Below the pieces are notes generated by a model, which was not told the DNA's origin, ran no database searches, and saw only the letters and a list, made by a program, of their open reading frames with translations. From the NCBI RefSeq assembly GCF_038025025.1, contig NW_027117350.1, positions 1 to 64,000 on the forward strand: 64,000 bases of DNA, read 5' to 3'. The number at the start of each line of letters is the position of its first letter. The first letter of the stretch is position 1. The stretch comes from Phyllosticta citribraziliensis. Lineage: Eukaryota. The position numbers and the translations under genes were made by a program. Positions 1-13,423 of the stretch are shown here, one piece after another.

Positions 1-1860
1 AGATTAGGGTTAATAATCTTACTAGGATTAATTATATTAAAGATATTATTACTAGGGCTAGTAGTAGGATATAAGGGAGTATACTTCTATAATTTAAATA
101 TAAATAGAGTTCTATAGTACTAGTAATCTAGCTAGTTCTATACCTCTACTATATAGTATTTCTTCTTTTATTCTATAGTATCCTTCCTTACCTACTCTTT
201 AGCTAGACCTTCTTTAATCTAGGCCCTAAATAGGTTTACCAGGTAGCACTAGGGGCCTATAGGTATATAGTTATAATTATAGAGTATTAGATTATACTAA
301 ATATCTATAATATTCTACTTAGTATAGAAATCCCTAGGTAGGGTAGTATATAATATAGACCTAGCTACCTTTTATAGTAATCTAATCTTAGTTAATAACT
401 AGGTAGTAAACCTATAATATAGGAGAGTATAGTTATTAAGTAGTACTAGGATTATATAAGATAGTAGGCCTAGTATCTAGTAAGTCTATAATTTAGTTAG
501 GTTTAGTAGTAGGTTACCTATACTATCTAGAGTCTAGAAATACTTATTAAAGGGATAGGTATACTCTAGACCTATATACTAGAATACTATATAGACCTCT
601 TCTATCTAGAGATAATTATAGGGTAGGATACTATAGTATATTATAGTATATAGTATTATTAGATCTCTAAACTAAAATAGGTCTTCCTTTATCTATCTAT
701 AGTATATACTACTAGCTATAATAATATTACTTCCTTTAAAGTATCCTTCTTATAGGGATTATCTATCTTTTACTTTAGATAATAGAGTAATAACTAGCTT
801 AACCTTATTAATATAGCTAGTAATAGTAGATAGTATCCTAGTAACTTCCTATTTATAACCCTTCTTAATAATAAAAGGTAGAGGTAGCCCTATAATATTA
901 TAGTTATAGGTAGCCTAGTATATAGCTTAAAAAGCCTTATTAGATATATTAGTCTAGAAATTAGTATTATTAAAGGTATAGAAACCCTAGAGGAGTATTA
1001 TAATATTAGATTTATAGAGTTTAACTATATTATTATCCTTAACTTTATACTAGGGAATATAGATAGTATCCTAACTAGTCTTTATAACCTAGCAGCTATT
1101 ATTAAAGGTAAGTAGGGCTATATACTAGTATAGGATATTAAAATAGTACTAGCACTATAAGTAGGTATATACTTTAAAATAGAGGCCTAGGACCTAGACT
1201 AGCTTAACCAGGGTAAAGTACTCCTTATTAGGGATAAGGTAGTCTAGAACCTTCTTATCCTAAGTAATAATAGGTACCACCCTACTACTAGAAGATATAT
1301 TCCTCTATTTATTAGCTTAGTAGCCCTAAGTATATTCCTTATTTAGGTCCTTACCAGGATCCTTAGCTATAATAGTAGTATATATCTTATCTCCTCCTAG
1401 TATCTTATACTTATAGATCCTAGTATAATAGAAGGTATTACTAATCTTTACTATAAAAGCTCTACTATAGAGCCTATAGTAGGAATTTAGTAAGCCCTCT
1501 ATATAGGTATAAATATAGTACTTACTAATATTTATAAACTAGAGATTACTAGCTATTAATTATCCTACTAGTAAGTAGAGCTATCCCTCTATATATAATA
1601 ATAAGTTATATCTATAGGGTAGAAGACTATAGGTATATATAACTATAGTCTAAATACTATTAAAGAGTACTATAAAATCTATAGTAGCTAGATTAGTAGT
1701 TCTTACTAGTTTACTATCCTCTTCTTTACTATAGGAGCTCTTTACTAATAGATAGATAAATATAGATATTAGAGCCTTATCCTTAGATAGGAAGGATATT
1801 ATCTCTTTACCTAAAGGTATATTAGTATTAAGGTTAAGATCCTAGTTATATATATTAGTT
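1..1860 (-). pseudogene. Extra sense ORF (ORF3) downstream of pol in element D, unknown product, RIP-disrupted
   Basis: One minus frame, translated by hand over ~960-1800, reads as protein with only scattered TAA/TAG. Its ends were not determined. Confidence 0.55.
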
Positions 1861-2639
1861 ACTAAATATTTACCTTTACTAGGTTTATATTTTATAATAG
1901 TAGTAATACTATAAGCCTTAGATTTATATTTTACTTAAGCTATAATCCTAGTAGACTACCTTAGTATAAGCTAGCCTAAGGGTATAATAGTTAGTAAGTA
2001 TAATAAGCTAAGATATAATAGATATTAAAAGGGTAAGGGTATAGTAATAGATATTTATAGTTTAGACCTTAGATACCTAGGTAATATAATTATACCTACC
2101 AGCATCCCTATATCCTAGCCTAAAAATAAAGGGAAAAAATAAATAAAGAAAGATAAAGAGAACTCTCTATAATATCCTCTACATTATATCTTCTCCTTAA
2201 TAAATAAAATTCCTTAGAATAACCTCCTCATTATATTCCTATTACTATTACTAGAATCTATATCTTTATCCACTATTACTAGCTCTAGGCTAGTATAAAG
2301 AAAACATCCCTAGATATAAAGAAAATATCCCTAGATACATATATAAGGAAAATAATATAGGATAATAATAAAGGAAGAGCACCTATTTAGGTATAGTATA
2401 GGATTACTATATAAGGACTCCTAGTATAGTAGCCCCTATACTCATTATACTAACAGGCTACTTCACCCTTATTATTAATATTATTATAGGCTTATAGGGG
2501 GTCCTTATTTACTATAGTTCCTATATATCCCTAGATACTAGTAGTCTCTTCTAATACTAGGATACTAATAGTAGTATTAGTAGGACTCTAAGGATACCTA
2601 GTAGGGGTATATTACTTAGTTATATAGGTTTCTATATTA

Positions 2640-5600
2640 ATCCTTATATTATACTCCTTAACTAGGTCTTAGATATTATAAAGATCCTCTAGATTTATCT
2701 ACTAGTAGTATTTAGCTCCCTATCCTTACTAGTTAACTAAGTATTAGATCTTCTTTAAATAGGGATTATAGTACTATAATAATAGTACTTAGATTTTATA
2801 TTCTAATACTATCTTACCCTTAGTTATAACCTCTAATAGTCCTAGAGGTAGAATATCCTAGCTATAAGGGTCTACTCCTAGTATAGTATAAGGCTTAAGC
2901 TATATAATACTAACTACTAGATAGATTTTTATATTATTAGGGAGCTTAAGCTTATATACTAGCTTAGATCTAGTATAGGCCTTAATATAGAAAGGTCTAA
3001 TAAACTAGTAGGTAAATTTCTTACTTATATTTCTATATATATAGTATCTATAGTATAGTTAAAGTCTTACCTAGGATCTAACTAGTATATAGATAAGCTT
3101 ATACCTCTAGTTATATATATACTTATAGGAAGTATTTATAAAAGTAATACCTTTATAAGCTTAGTCCTAGAAATAAGCTCTTATAACCCCTAGTTTAGTA
3201 TCTAGTAGCTCCTACTAGATCATTATTATTAGGTTAACTTATAGCTAGAATCTAAGGTATATCTTATCTAGAGTCTAGCCTATTACTATATTAGGGGAAG
3301 AGTTTATTATAGCCTAAATTATAGGAAGGGTATTAGTTTACTATAGCTTAGTATTTACTATAATAAAGTAGTATAAGGTAATTTTAACTATTTAATTTAT
3401 CTATTTACTCTAGCTATCTATCTAGGGATAGTATACTATACTAGCTATAAAGTTAATCCTAAGATACTTAAAAATACTATCTATAAAGTTAGAGAGCTAA
3501 TAGCTATCCCTATCTAAAATTATAATTAAAGGGAGTCCTTAGCTAAGTACTAGGATAGTTTTAATAAAAATACCTCCCTATTTATTAGCTATCTAGGTCT
3601 CCTATCTAGGGACTAAGGCTATATACTTAGTAAATTTATAGGTAACTATTAATAGTATGTTAAATACCTCTATAGTAGGGGGTATCCTAGTAATAAAATC
3701 TGCTATAATAGTGTGGAAAGGTAATTTTAGGCTAATAATTAGGTATAGGGATCTATATAGCTTATGCCTAGGAGTCCTGTTCTATTTATAGTCTAGATAG
3801 TTATAGATATACTTAGATAATTATAAGTTTAAGTTATAGATAAAGTAAGCTAGCTAGATATAGCTAAGTACCCTATTAATCCCCTAGTAGCTATGCTTAT
3901 TATAGGCTATCTTAAAGATATCCTTCTTATAACTTAGTAGGATATATAGGTACTCTTATCTATTAACCTAATCTTAAAAGTATACTAGGCTATTATAGAT
4001 AAAGAATTATAGACTACTAGAAGGAGCCTCTACTAGGATATAGTTCTCTAGGGGTATATTATCCTAGTTAGCCTACTACTCCTATTTAACTATTATAACT
4101 ATCCTAGACTACTTTTAGTCTTTAGTATAGCTAGTATAGATCTTGGCCTTAAAGGTATTAGAAAGTTTAACTAAGGTAACTTAGAATATAAAGGTTTAGT
4201 TATCTTCTAGAACTATATAATTATTATTAGAGGATAGATATTCCTTAGTATCTAGGTAGCTAAGTATATCTAGAATAATATAGTTTTACCTAGCCCTATA
4301 GTATAGCTCTAAGTAGAACTAGCTTAGGAACTAGGATCCTTATATAAGCTTTATATTTAGATATTCTATAGAATCTATACTTAGAAAATAAGTCTAGGTA
4401 GTAATAGCCATTAAGGCTAAATAGTCTATAAAGATAATTATATATTTTACAGATTCTATATAGAGGTATAGCTTATAAATAGCCTAGATAACTCTAGCTA
4501 TCTTAAGCTTAGTTAGCTAATACCTAGATTCTACACCTTTTACTTATTTAGATAGAAAGATAATTAGCTATACTAATACCTTAGGGAAATATTTAGTATA
4601 CTTAAGCTACTTAATAGAAGGATCCTAGATAAATCCTAGTCCTACCTAGATACTATCTAGCTACTTAACCTCTTATATATAGGGTACTTACCTATCTTAT
4701 ACCACTAGTACCTAAGGTTCTATTTTAGGTTTAGGATCCCTAATAATATAGTATACTATAGCTCCTATACTATATTCCTTACTAGTATTAATATTAATAT
4801 ATAAAGGCCTCTCTAGATTATAATATACTAACTAGTCTATATTATATAAGGTTTCCTTAATTACCTTAAATATATCTAGCTAGTCTAGGTTAGGGTTATT
4901 CTACTTCTTAGCCACTACTTAATAGTATATACTCTTAATTTTAGGGATCCCCTTAAGTACCTTAGCTAGTAGTACTATTTTAGTTACCTCTAGTAGCTCT
5001 ACTAAGTAGGTATAGTATAGTATATACTACTATAACTATCTAATAAGCCCTAAGAAAGTTTTAAGCTTCTATAGGGTATTAGGGAAGGTAAGGTCCTTAA
5101 TAGTATAGATCTTATCTTTATAGGTAATTACTCTATAGCTATAGATATACTAACCTAAGTATAAAACTAATAGGTATCTAAATAGTATCTTCTTAGGTAA
5201 TAAGGAGATCTATCTATTATCTAGTACCTTTAATATAGAGTCTAGGTATATAAGGTATTTATTAAAAGTTTTAGAGTATATTAGTATATTATTAATATAT
5301 ATAAAAGTGAAATCCTAGTAGCCTATATAGTATAGGATATTATTAAATTAGTACTAGATATATAGTATACTATTATAGAATTCTATAAGAGCTACTACTA
5401 GGGTTTCCTAGCTATAGTAACTCTAGATTATTATATAGTACTAGTAGGCTTACTTAACTAACTATTAATAGAAGAAAGATTACCTATTAATAAGTAAGGT
5501 ATATAGATATCCTTATAGATAACTTACTAAGTCCTAGATAGTTTTTAAGGTATACTTATTATAGCATATTAGGATATTTAAACCCTAGATATCTATAACC

Positions 5601-8600
5601 CTATAACCCTTATACTTATACTAGACCTATAGGGGCCTATCTCCTAGTTAGAGAAGCTAGTAGTACTTATCCTTCTAGATAATAAAGGCTAGCTAAGTAA
5701 ATTCTATTAGCTTATCTATCTATAATATTTTAGGTATTCTATCTATAGTAATCTAGTTATATAGGTCTTTAAAGGTCTTATTTAGTACCTGCTTACCCTT
5801 ATAGGATATATTATATATCTAAGTTAGTAGGAGGTATCCTAGCTTATCTTACTAGTTATCTACTAGGTTAATAGGTATCTAGTCTTCTTTAGGTATATTA
5901 ACTATAGTATATTAGTCTATAAATAGTAGTAGATACTTCTTTAAGATCTTCTAAAAGGTATTAATATAATCTAGTAGGCTATAGATATAAATACTATTAT
6001 TAAGAGTAGTTTCTAATTCTAGTAGGATCCTATTATAGAATATACCTACTATAGAGTAGTTAGATACCTAGTAGTAGCTATTAATTTCTATAGCTACTAA
6101 GTATCTAAGCCTTACTTATTATAGGATTATAAGTAGCTTATCTATATTATTATAAGTAAATAGCTAACTAAAATCTAAATTATATACTATATAATATAGG
6201 ATACCACCTTAAACCAGGAATAGAATCTAGCTAGTTTACTAATTAGGTTAAAATTTATATAGCTAGTTAGGGAGATCCTTACCTACTATTATACTAATTA
6301 GTACTAATAAATATAGCTTAATAATTACCTACTATATAGCCTTAATAACCCTATATACTAGTATGGTACACTTCTATAGGACTACCTTAGTCTATAGGTT
6401 ATAGTAGAAAGGCTATATTACCATACTTTATAAGCTATTAATCAGGACCCCTTAAGGTTAGATAATATTTATACTAATAAGTAGTAGGATTAGTATATTA
6501 TTAACTACCCTTATATAGTATTACACTATCCCTACAGCTTATAATCTATTAGGCAGCACCCCTAGTAAGTAGAGTAGTAAAAGGACATACTTATTAGATA
6601 CTATAGGTTTACCTACTACTCTATAGATAGTACCTACTATTAGTAAGGTCTAGATCTTAATATTAGGTAGTTTATTATATAGGAAGCTTCTTACTACTAA
6701 GGATAAGGATACTCCTATATCTAAGTAGGCTATATTAAGGAATCCCTTAGATATAAGCTAGAAACTCATTTCTACTAATTAGTATATAGGGAAATAAGGA
6801 GGTACCTAGATATCTACTATATTTACTAATAAACTAATTACCTACAGATCCTACATACTTATAGTAAAAATAGTATTAAGCACTTAGGGTACCCTATTAG
6901 GCTAATACTACTTAGACTACTTAGTTTCATTACTCTTAGATCTATCCTATACTCTAGTAGGATAGTCCTTTAAATATATAAATAGCTTATTATATAATAT
7001 AAAATATATTAGATAGAACTAGTATCTATATAGTAAGACTAGTTAAAGTATTATCTAGAGTCTTATTACTAGTACCAGCTAAAGGGCCTAATAGGGTAAG
7101 GTTAATAAAAAGTATAAAATCCTTATAATAGTAATAAGCTATATCTTCCTTTATAGTATCCTTATCTACTAATACCTTATCCTCTCTATCTAGGTTACTA
7201 TTAGATATATCCCTAATTTCTTCTTTACTATTACTACTATCTATACTACTAGTATAGTAATTAGGCTAGGCCTTAATAGGGCCCTTACCCTTCTAGTTCT
7301 AGTATTAGGATTTTAAATTAGTAGTATTTCTAGTATACTTAGATAGAGTAGGTAGGGCCTTTCTCTTAGGATATATAATCTACTTCTTAGCTATAGTATT
7401 ATTTATATGACCCTAGCCCCCTTAATAGGAGTTATTAGTATTATTATAGGGATTTTATAAGAATCCTTACTAATTATTATTATATATAAAAGGTTACTTA
7501 CTTACTTATAGATATATCTTATTATATAGCTTATACTATATATACTAGTATAACTTAATATCCTAGATAAAATCTTCTATAATAGTATCTACTTATAGGT
7601 ATAGGATAAGTATATAGTATTATACCTCTATCTTATTCTAAGCCTATATTAACTAGCTATATACCCTAGTAAGGCTAGATACCTTATTATAATAGATATA
7701 ATCTAATATAAAATCTACTATTAGAATATTATTATATATACTATACTTATTAAATTTTATTTTATCTAGCTACCTTATAGCTTTATAGACTAGTAATCCC
7801 TACTATTCCTATAGTACTTATACCTAATTATTAATACTATTACTATCTAGGAGTATATCCTAATATACCTTTATTAACTACTAGATATACTATTTAGTAG
7901 CTTATCCTTTAAGGTATCTTCCTAGGTTTTTATATATAACTTATACTAGAATATATTATAAGGATATATCTATAGCTTTAATAAATTACTTAATATCTTA
8001 GTAGTAGGTTTAGGTTCCTTTAATTATAATATTACTAGGCTTAAATTTAGCTTCTAGGAGGTATAGGTTAAAGAATCTAACTCTTTTAGGGCTAAACTTT
8101 AGTACTAGTAGCTACTAATAAGGAGGAAACTACTAACCTAGATCTAGGGTAGTCTATAGATTAGTATTATATAGGTATTTTATAGCCTTCCTTTTATAAT
8201 CTATATACTAGATTATAGCTCTTAGGCTATCCTAATTAGCTTAGGCTTTATAGGTAGTATTATATTAGGTTTACTAGTAACTCTCTAGGGATTTAAATAA
8301 TTTACCTAATTATATATTAATTTTATTTATACTAGTATTAATTATAGTAAGTCTTATTCCCTACTAACCTAGTAGCTTAGATTAGTTACCTAACTATATA
8401 TTAAGGTTAGTAATAGCTATATCCTAGGTACTAAGGTTAGTTTTAAGGTACTAGACTTAGGCCCCTATAAAAGGTAGTAGGTCCTCTATATTACCCTATC
8501 TACTATTTCTAGATCCTTTACTAGATCTACTAGCCCTAGATATTATAACTCTCTAGTAGTATTAAGAACCTATACTTAATTAGCTTATAAGATGGTATTT

Positions 8601-8700
8601 AGGTACTCTAGGGGGTAGGAGTATAGGAAGTGGCTTATATTAGTTATATTATAGTAACTTAGAAGGTTTTAGTAAGGGAAATTAAGTATCTAGGTAGTTA
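2640..8700 (-). pseudogene. gag-pol remnant of element D (PR-RT-RNaseH-IN-chromodomain)
   Basis: RT and chromodomain motifs as given for element D. Boundaries are approximate. Confidence 0.8.
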
Positions 8701-9165
8701 GTATTATACTAGATAATTATATTAAGGGATCTATTATATAAATCTAAAGAAAGGTTATTACTACTTATATTATAATAGTTAGGGAAATGAAAGGCTCTAT
8801 AATAGCCTAGTTAGTATAGGTTTAGATCTATAGAGTAGGATTTATAGCTTAATATATAAGAGTAGTAGAAAAGATTAGAAGGTATATATAGAGAAGATAA
8901 ATATCTAAGGGATATATTAAAGGAGGAAGTATTAAATAGTTATTATTAGGTATAGCTAGGTATTAAAGGACTAGTAGATTCCTAGACTAGTAATAGTATT
9001 ATACCTATATTAGGGCCTAGGATCTAGTATAGTAACTACTATTATAGTTACTTAGTTACTATAGTACCTAGTTATTATATACTATCTTTATAACTAGTAG
9101 ATCTATATAGACTAAACCTATAGAGGGTAATTATACTATACTCCTTAATTATACTCTAGGAAGAC

Positions 9166-9350
9166 TGTTATACTAAGGGTGCTTATAGTGTTAAAGGGTA
9201 GACTAGAGTTAATGTATATAGTGTTATAATATATTAAGGAGTAGTAGGGGCTGAAGATATAGGTGCTAGTATAGGTAGGTATACTTATAACCCTAGCTGT
9301 GAAATATATAGTGTCTATAGATTAGCTTATTAGTACTAGTATCTAGCCTA
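9166..9350. repeat. Candidate 3' LTR of element C (right edge uncertain)
   Basis: Starts abruptly with TGTTA at 9166 and is less RIPed than its flanks. No second copy is present in the window to confirm it. Confidence 0.35.
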
Positions 9351-11560
9351 TAATTATCTAGGATTAGCTAGAAGAACTAAGTAGTAAGCTTATAATAATA
9401 GGTAGTAGGGTAGAGCCTTATAACTAATTCTTATAGGCTAGTATACTAATTCTGGTAACCTAAGTGGTATACTTATTAATAAACTCCTATATAGTATATA
9501 AGAGAGCCTATTAGCCTTTAACTATAGGACTCTAAGTAATAGGGTATCTAGGAAGAGCCCTACTAGCTAGATTCCTTATACTAGCCTAGATCTTAGGTAG
9601 ATTAAACTATTATATAAAGGTAAAGATTAACTAATAGGTTAGGGTAAGGAGTAGATTCTAGAGGGACTATAGGCTAGTATTTAAGAGGTTCTATAATTAC
9701 TAAGTAAGTAGTTAAAGTCTTATAGGTAGTTCTTATTACTCTATAGTTATTAAAGTAGACTAGGTTAGATTCTAGGTATAGGAGGATCTTAGTATACTAT
9801 AGATATAGTAGAAGATATATTATATATTTAGATCTAAGTAGCTAGTATAGTAGTAGTAGAAGTAGTATAAAAAGGGGTTTAACTTATAGAATAACCCTTT
9901 TTAGCTACTAATTATAATAATCTAACTAGATATTTATAGTACTAATTTAGGTATAAGAGTTATCCTATTACTTAGGCTATCTATATAGCTAAAGTACCTA
10001 TCCCCTATAACTACCAAGCTTGCTAAGCTTACTCTTAGTATCTAATAGCTATACTAGATCCCTATAGGATCTACTGCTATATAATAGGAGGGATATTAAG
10101 ATAGTAATATTTACTAGGCTCTTCCTTCTAAGGAGGGGACCTCTATTACTTTATAGTACCCTAGATATAGTTACTAGGTAAGTTATAGCTTAGGGCTATA
10201 TTTATAATATTATTAGATAGCCTTACTAAGTTAAGGAGGTCTATTAAATTATTATTAGAACTAGTAAAACTAGTAGCTAGTTTATTTATAAAAAGTACTA
10301 GGTTAATATTATTATTAGCTTAGGTAGTAGATAACTTATTACTAGCCTAGGGGAGAGTTATTATACTAGTACTTAGCTATACTAATAAAGTACTAGTAGC
10401 CTTATTAAGTATTACTCCTATTTTATAAATAGAGTAATAGAAAGCTTTATCTATATCTTTATTAGGACCTATAATTACTACCCTAATAAAATCTCCCTTA
10501 TCTAAGTACTCTCTAAATAAGGTAGTAAACTAGCTAGTATCTATCTTTATAGGGGTATCTATTAGAGAATTATAATAAGTAGCCTATTCTAGTAGTATCT
10601 CTATAAGCTCTAAAGTAATAATAGCTATATAATATAGATATCCTTACTATAGAGACCCTTACTATATTAAGAGGTCTAGGTATAGGTAGGGTATTCTATA
10701 CTTATTATAGACTAGCTAGGTACCTATAACCTTAGGGTTATAAGATAACTTTATAATAGTAATATATTAATTAATATAATAGATTAGCTTACCTAATATA
10801 GTCTAGGTAGCTAACTTTAGTAGTAGAGCCCTATAGCCTCTATCCTTAACTACTAGCTCTAGTAGTATAATCTTAGCTAGCTCTTTCTTAAGAAAATCTA
10901 TATAAATAATACCCCTCTAAGGACCTATAATTTTTATAAAGCTACTAATATATTTTTATAAGCCTACCTTAGTATTATATATACTAATTTTACTATTCTT
11001 ATCTAGATTAAGCTTAGTAAAGTTAAAGTTACTATTAATTATATTTTATATATCCTAGTAATACTTATCTTTATACTACTAGTCCTCCTTTAATAAATTA
11101 TAGTCCCTTTTAAAGATCTAGAAGTCTTAGGCTATATTATAGCTATAACTCTTAAGATTATAGAATAAGGTTCCCTAGTTAATAGTATTATTAATAATTA
11201 TACCTAGCCTAACTAGGCCCTCTTACTATAATTTATAGAAGTTATATAGCTAGTAAATAAAATTATAGTACTTATCTAGGTATTCTCTATAGGATAAGTA
11301 GGTACTAATATAGTCTAGTATTATCTCCTAGTCTCCCTAAATAATAGTACTAGGAATATACTAGTAATAAATAAGCTCCTTTATAGCCCTATAGGGATTA
11401 GCCTTATAGGTATATTAGATAATATTAGTAAAGGAAGCTTTATAAAGATAGATAATATTATAATTAGCTAAGATAATAGTATTATTAGTATCTTTAATAG
11501 TAGTAATATCTATAGTAGGGTTAGTAAGTATATCCTCTATTATAATAGTAAGGGGGAATT
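9350..11560 (-). pseudogene. Extra ORF (ORF3) downstream of pol in element C, unknown product
   Basis: One minus frame reads as protein from ~11520 to ~10300 (e.g. GIIYIDFLKKELAKIILLELVVKDRGYRALLLKLA). A low-complexity C-terminal part follows, with a possible frameshift. Confidence 0.55.
10332..10360. promoter_or_regulatory. 29-bp palindromic site, copy 1 (element C)
   Basis: taactt-atta-ctag-c-ctag-ggga-gagtta. The function is inferred. Confidence 0.6.
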
Positions 11561-11931
11561 ATTATAGGGGTAGTAGTTATAATAGTTAAGTAGTAATTCT
11601 TTAGTAAGAGTACTACCTATACTAGACCTAATTAGGAAAATTCTAAGATATCTTACTATAAGTAAGAGAAATAACTACTTAAGAGTAAAATACTTAATAA
11701 GGAATAGTACTAAATTAATAAGAGGGCTAGCTTATAATTATATATTATATCCTTACTAGCCTAGTAAACTAAATAATAATACTAAAACTCTATTCCTACT
11801 TATAGTCTTAATAAAGAAATATTTTTAGCTTAGGACCTAATAGTTTAGTTATTAGGGTCCTAAAGATTTTTAGGGATATATAAGCTTATAAGTATAGTAT
11901 AGGGTTATTTTATAGCTCCTAATTAGCCTAA

Positions 11932-11960
11932 TAACTATCCCCTAGTCTAGGGGGGAGTTA
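11932..11960. promoter_or_regulatory. 29-bp palindromic site, copy 2 (element C)
   Basis: taacta-tccc-ctag-t-ctag-gggg-gagtta. Confidence 0.6.
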
Positions 11961-12193
11961 TTAGTAGTATACTAAACTATAATTAGTAAATATTACTATT
12001 AGCCTATTAGTACTAAACTTACTATACCCTTATTAATTTAAACTCTCTTAATACTATTACCTCCCTTAAATATATAAACTTTACCTTAAAATACTAAAAC
12101 TCTAAAGATCTAGATATCCTACTTATTTAATTTATCTAGGTTTTTACCTTTACTATCCTAGCTATTATTAATAGCCTTATACTAGTCTAATAC

Positions 12194-12616
12194 TGTCACG
12201 ACTCGCAGATTTCTCATTATGCAGGTGAGGGCTAAAGGCAAACTGCTAGAAAATATATATATATCTTAATTAAATCTAATAAGTTAAAAGAATAAAATAT
12301 AAAAGATACTTACTACTTATATATTTTCTAGTCCTTCCTTTATACTATTCTACCTCTTATCCTTTATATAAGGGTCCTTAGTTATTATTAGGTAAGTTAT
12401 AAAGGTAAGGTGTTAATAGGCTATTGTGTGGTATCTTTCTAAGGCTGTAGTAGCTAGTGCTAGGCTATAGTAGCTAGTGCCAGCCTATAGGTTTTAGCCT
12501 AAGCTATAGTAGGCTGCTGCCTAAGGTGAGGCTCGTGCTTCCTATAACTATATAATGCTAGGTTTGTCCATGCTGGCCCTAGTACTTATATAGGTATATA
12601 TATGCCTATCATGACA
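12194..12616 (-). repeat. 3' LTR of A1 (423 bp)
   Basis: TGTCACG...CATGACA, matching the three other family A LTR copies. Confidence 0.95.
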
Positions 12617-12632
12617 TGCCCCCCCTAAAGAG
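12617..12632 (-). other. Polypurine tract of A1
   Basis: The minus strand reads ...TTTAGGGGGGGCA immediately before the TGTCA of the LTR. Confidence 0.8.
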
Positions 12633-13423
12633 AAGCTGAAATCATAGGAATTAGCAGCTATAGGTACTCGCACAGGCGCAGACTTGTAATATATAATGGC
12701 AGTAATTTGGCAATTTAAGTATTCTATATACATAGTATAATTATCAGTCTAGGTCTACTACTATACTATCTCTTTCTATTACTATCTCTTTCTATTACTA
12801 TCTCTTTTACCGCGCGATCTACAGAAGGTCACTATCTTACTTAGCTATATCTAAAGCTCCCCATTAAAGTACATTATTATCCCAGTCTAATTTAGCTATA
12901 ATCTAGTAAACTAACTGTCACGCGTAAAGGTTCTAATAATTTAAATAATTTATACCCTACTAATAGTAAAGCAGACATTCCTAGCTACCATGTACTTAAT
13001 ACATCTGCTACTTATTATAGTCTAGTCTATTAGGACTCATTACTGTTATACAAGAGTTGTAGTATTAAGTTATTATTATGCAGCATTATTTATAATCCAT
13101 TACAGTTACTACTCACTTAGAGAGCTATTTTAGCCAGCAGTATCTATAAGGACCATCACATAGAGTCCTAAGGTAAGTAAACTTTAATTCTATCTCTAAC
13201 TATTACTAATTATTATCTAGGCTATTAAGTAGTATTATATATCTAGGTTCTACTACTTTATCATCCCATCTTGCTAACTAATACAATTATAGAGGAGGAC
13301 ACTTATATAAAGACTTAGTTAGGCCAGGCTTTACTTATTTAGCTAGGAATAGCTACAGGCTTATCACTTTACCTATAGTATACTACAGTATCAGGTTCTA
13401 CTTAATTAGTGTTATTAGTTGTC

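Larger units (their letters stand above)
1..9165 (-). mobile_element. Gypsy/chromovirus LTR retrotransposon 'D', RIP-degraded; 3' end lies outside the window and the 5' end is probably interrupted
   Basis: The minus-strand RT motif DFTFIYINNILIYSKTFNKYL (de-RIP YIDD..YSKTFDEHL) is at ~5255-5315. A chromodomain-like YLVN**G*GAKYY**INLEDL is at ~2685-2745. The layout matches family B. Confidence 0.85.

Noticed and set aside
2294..2335. 21-bp tandem duplication in D (also 16-bp units at ~12765-12807 and 20-bp units in the A LTR)
   Set aside because: Ordinary short slippage duplications with no evidence of function.
9161..9165. AAGAC flank equals the reverse complement of the B1 TSD GTCTT
   Set aside because: A single 5-bp coincidence; the other flanks (CTAAG, TATAG, AATAC) differ.
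9780..9990. DUF3716-like Cys motif in C ORF3
   Set aside because: The apparent pieces fall in different frames, and the best frame de-RIPs to Pro-rich low complexity.
12548..12733. 61-aa ORF from the ORF track
   Set aside because: It crosses the PPT and LTR of A1 and the equivalent frame is not called in A2, so it is a chance ORF.
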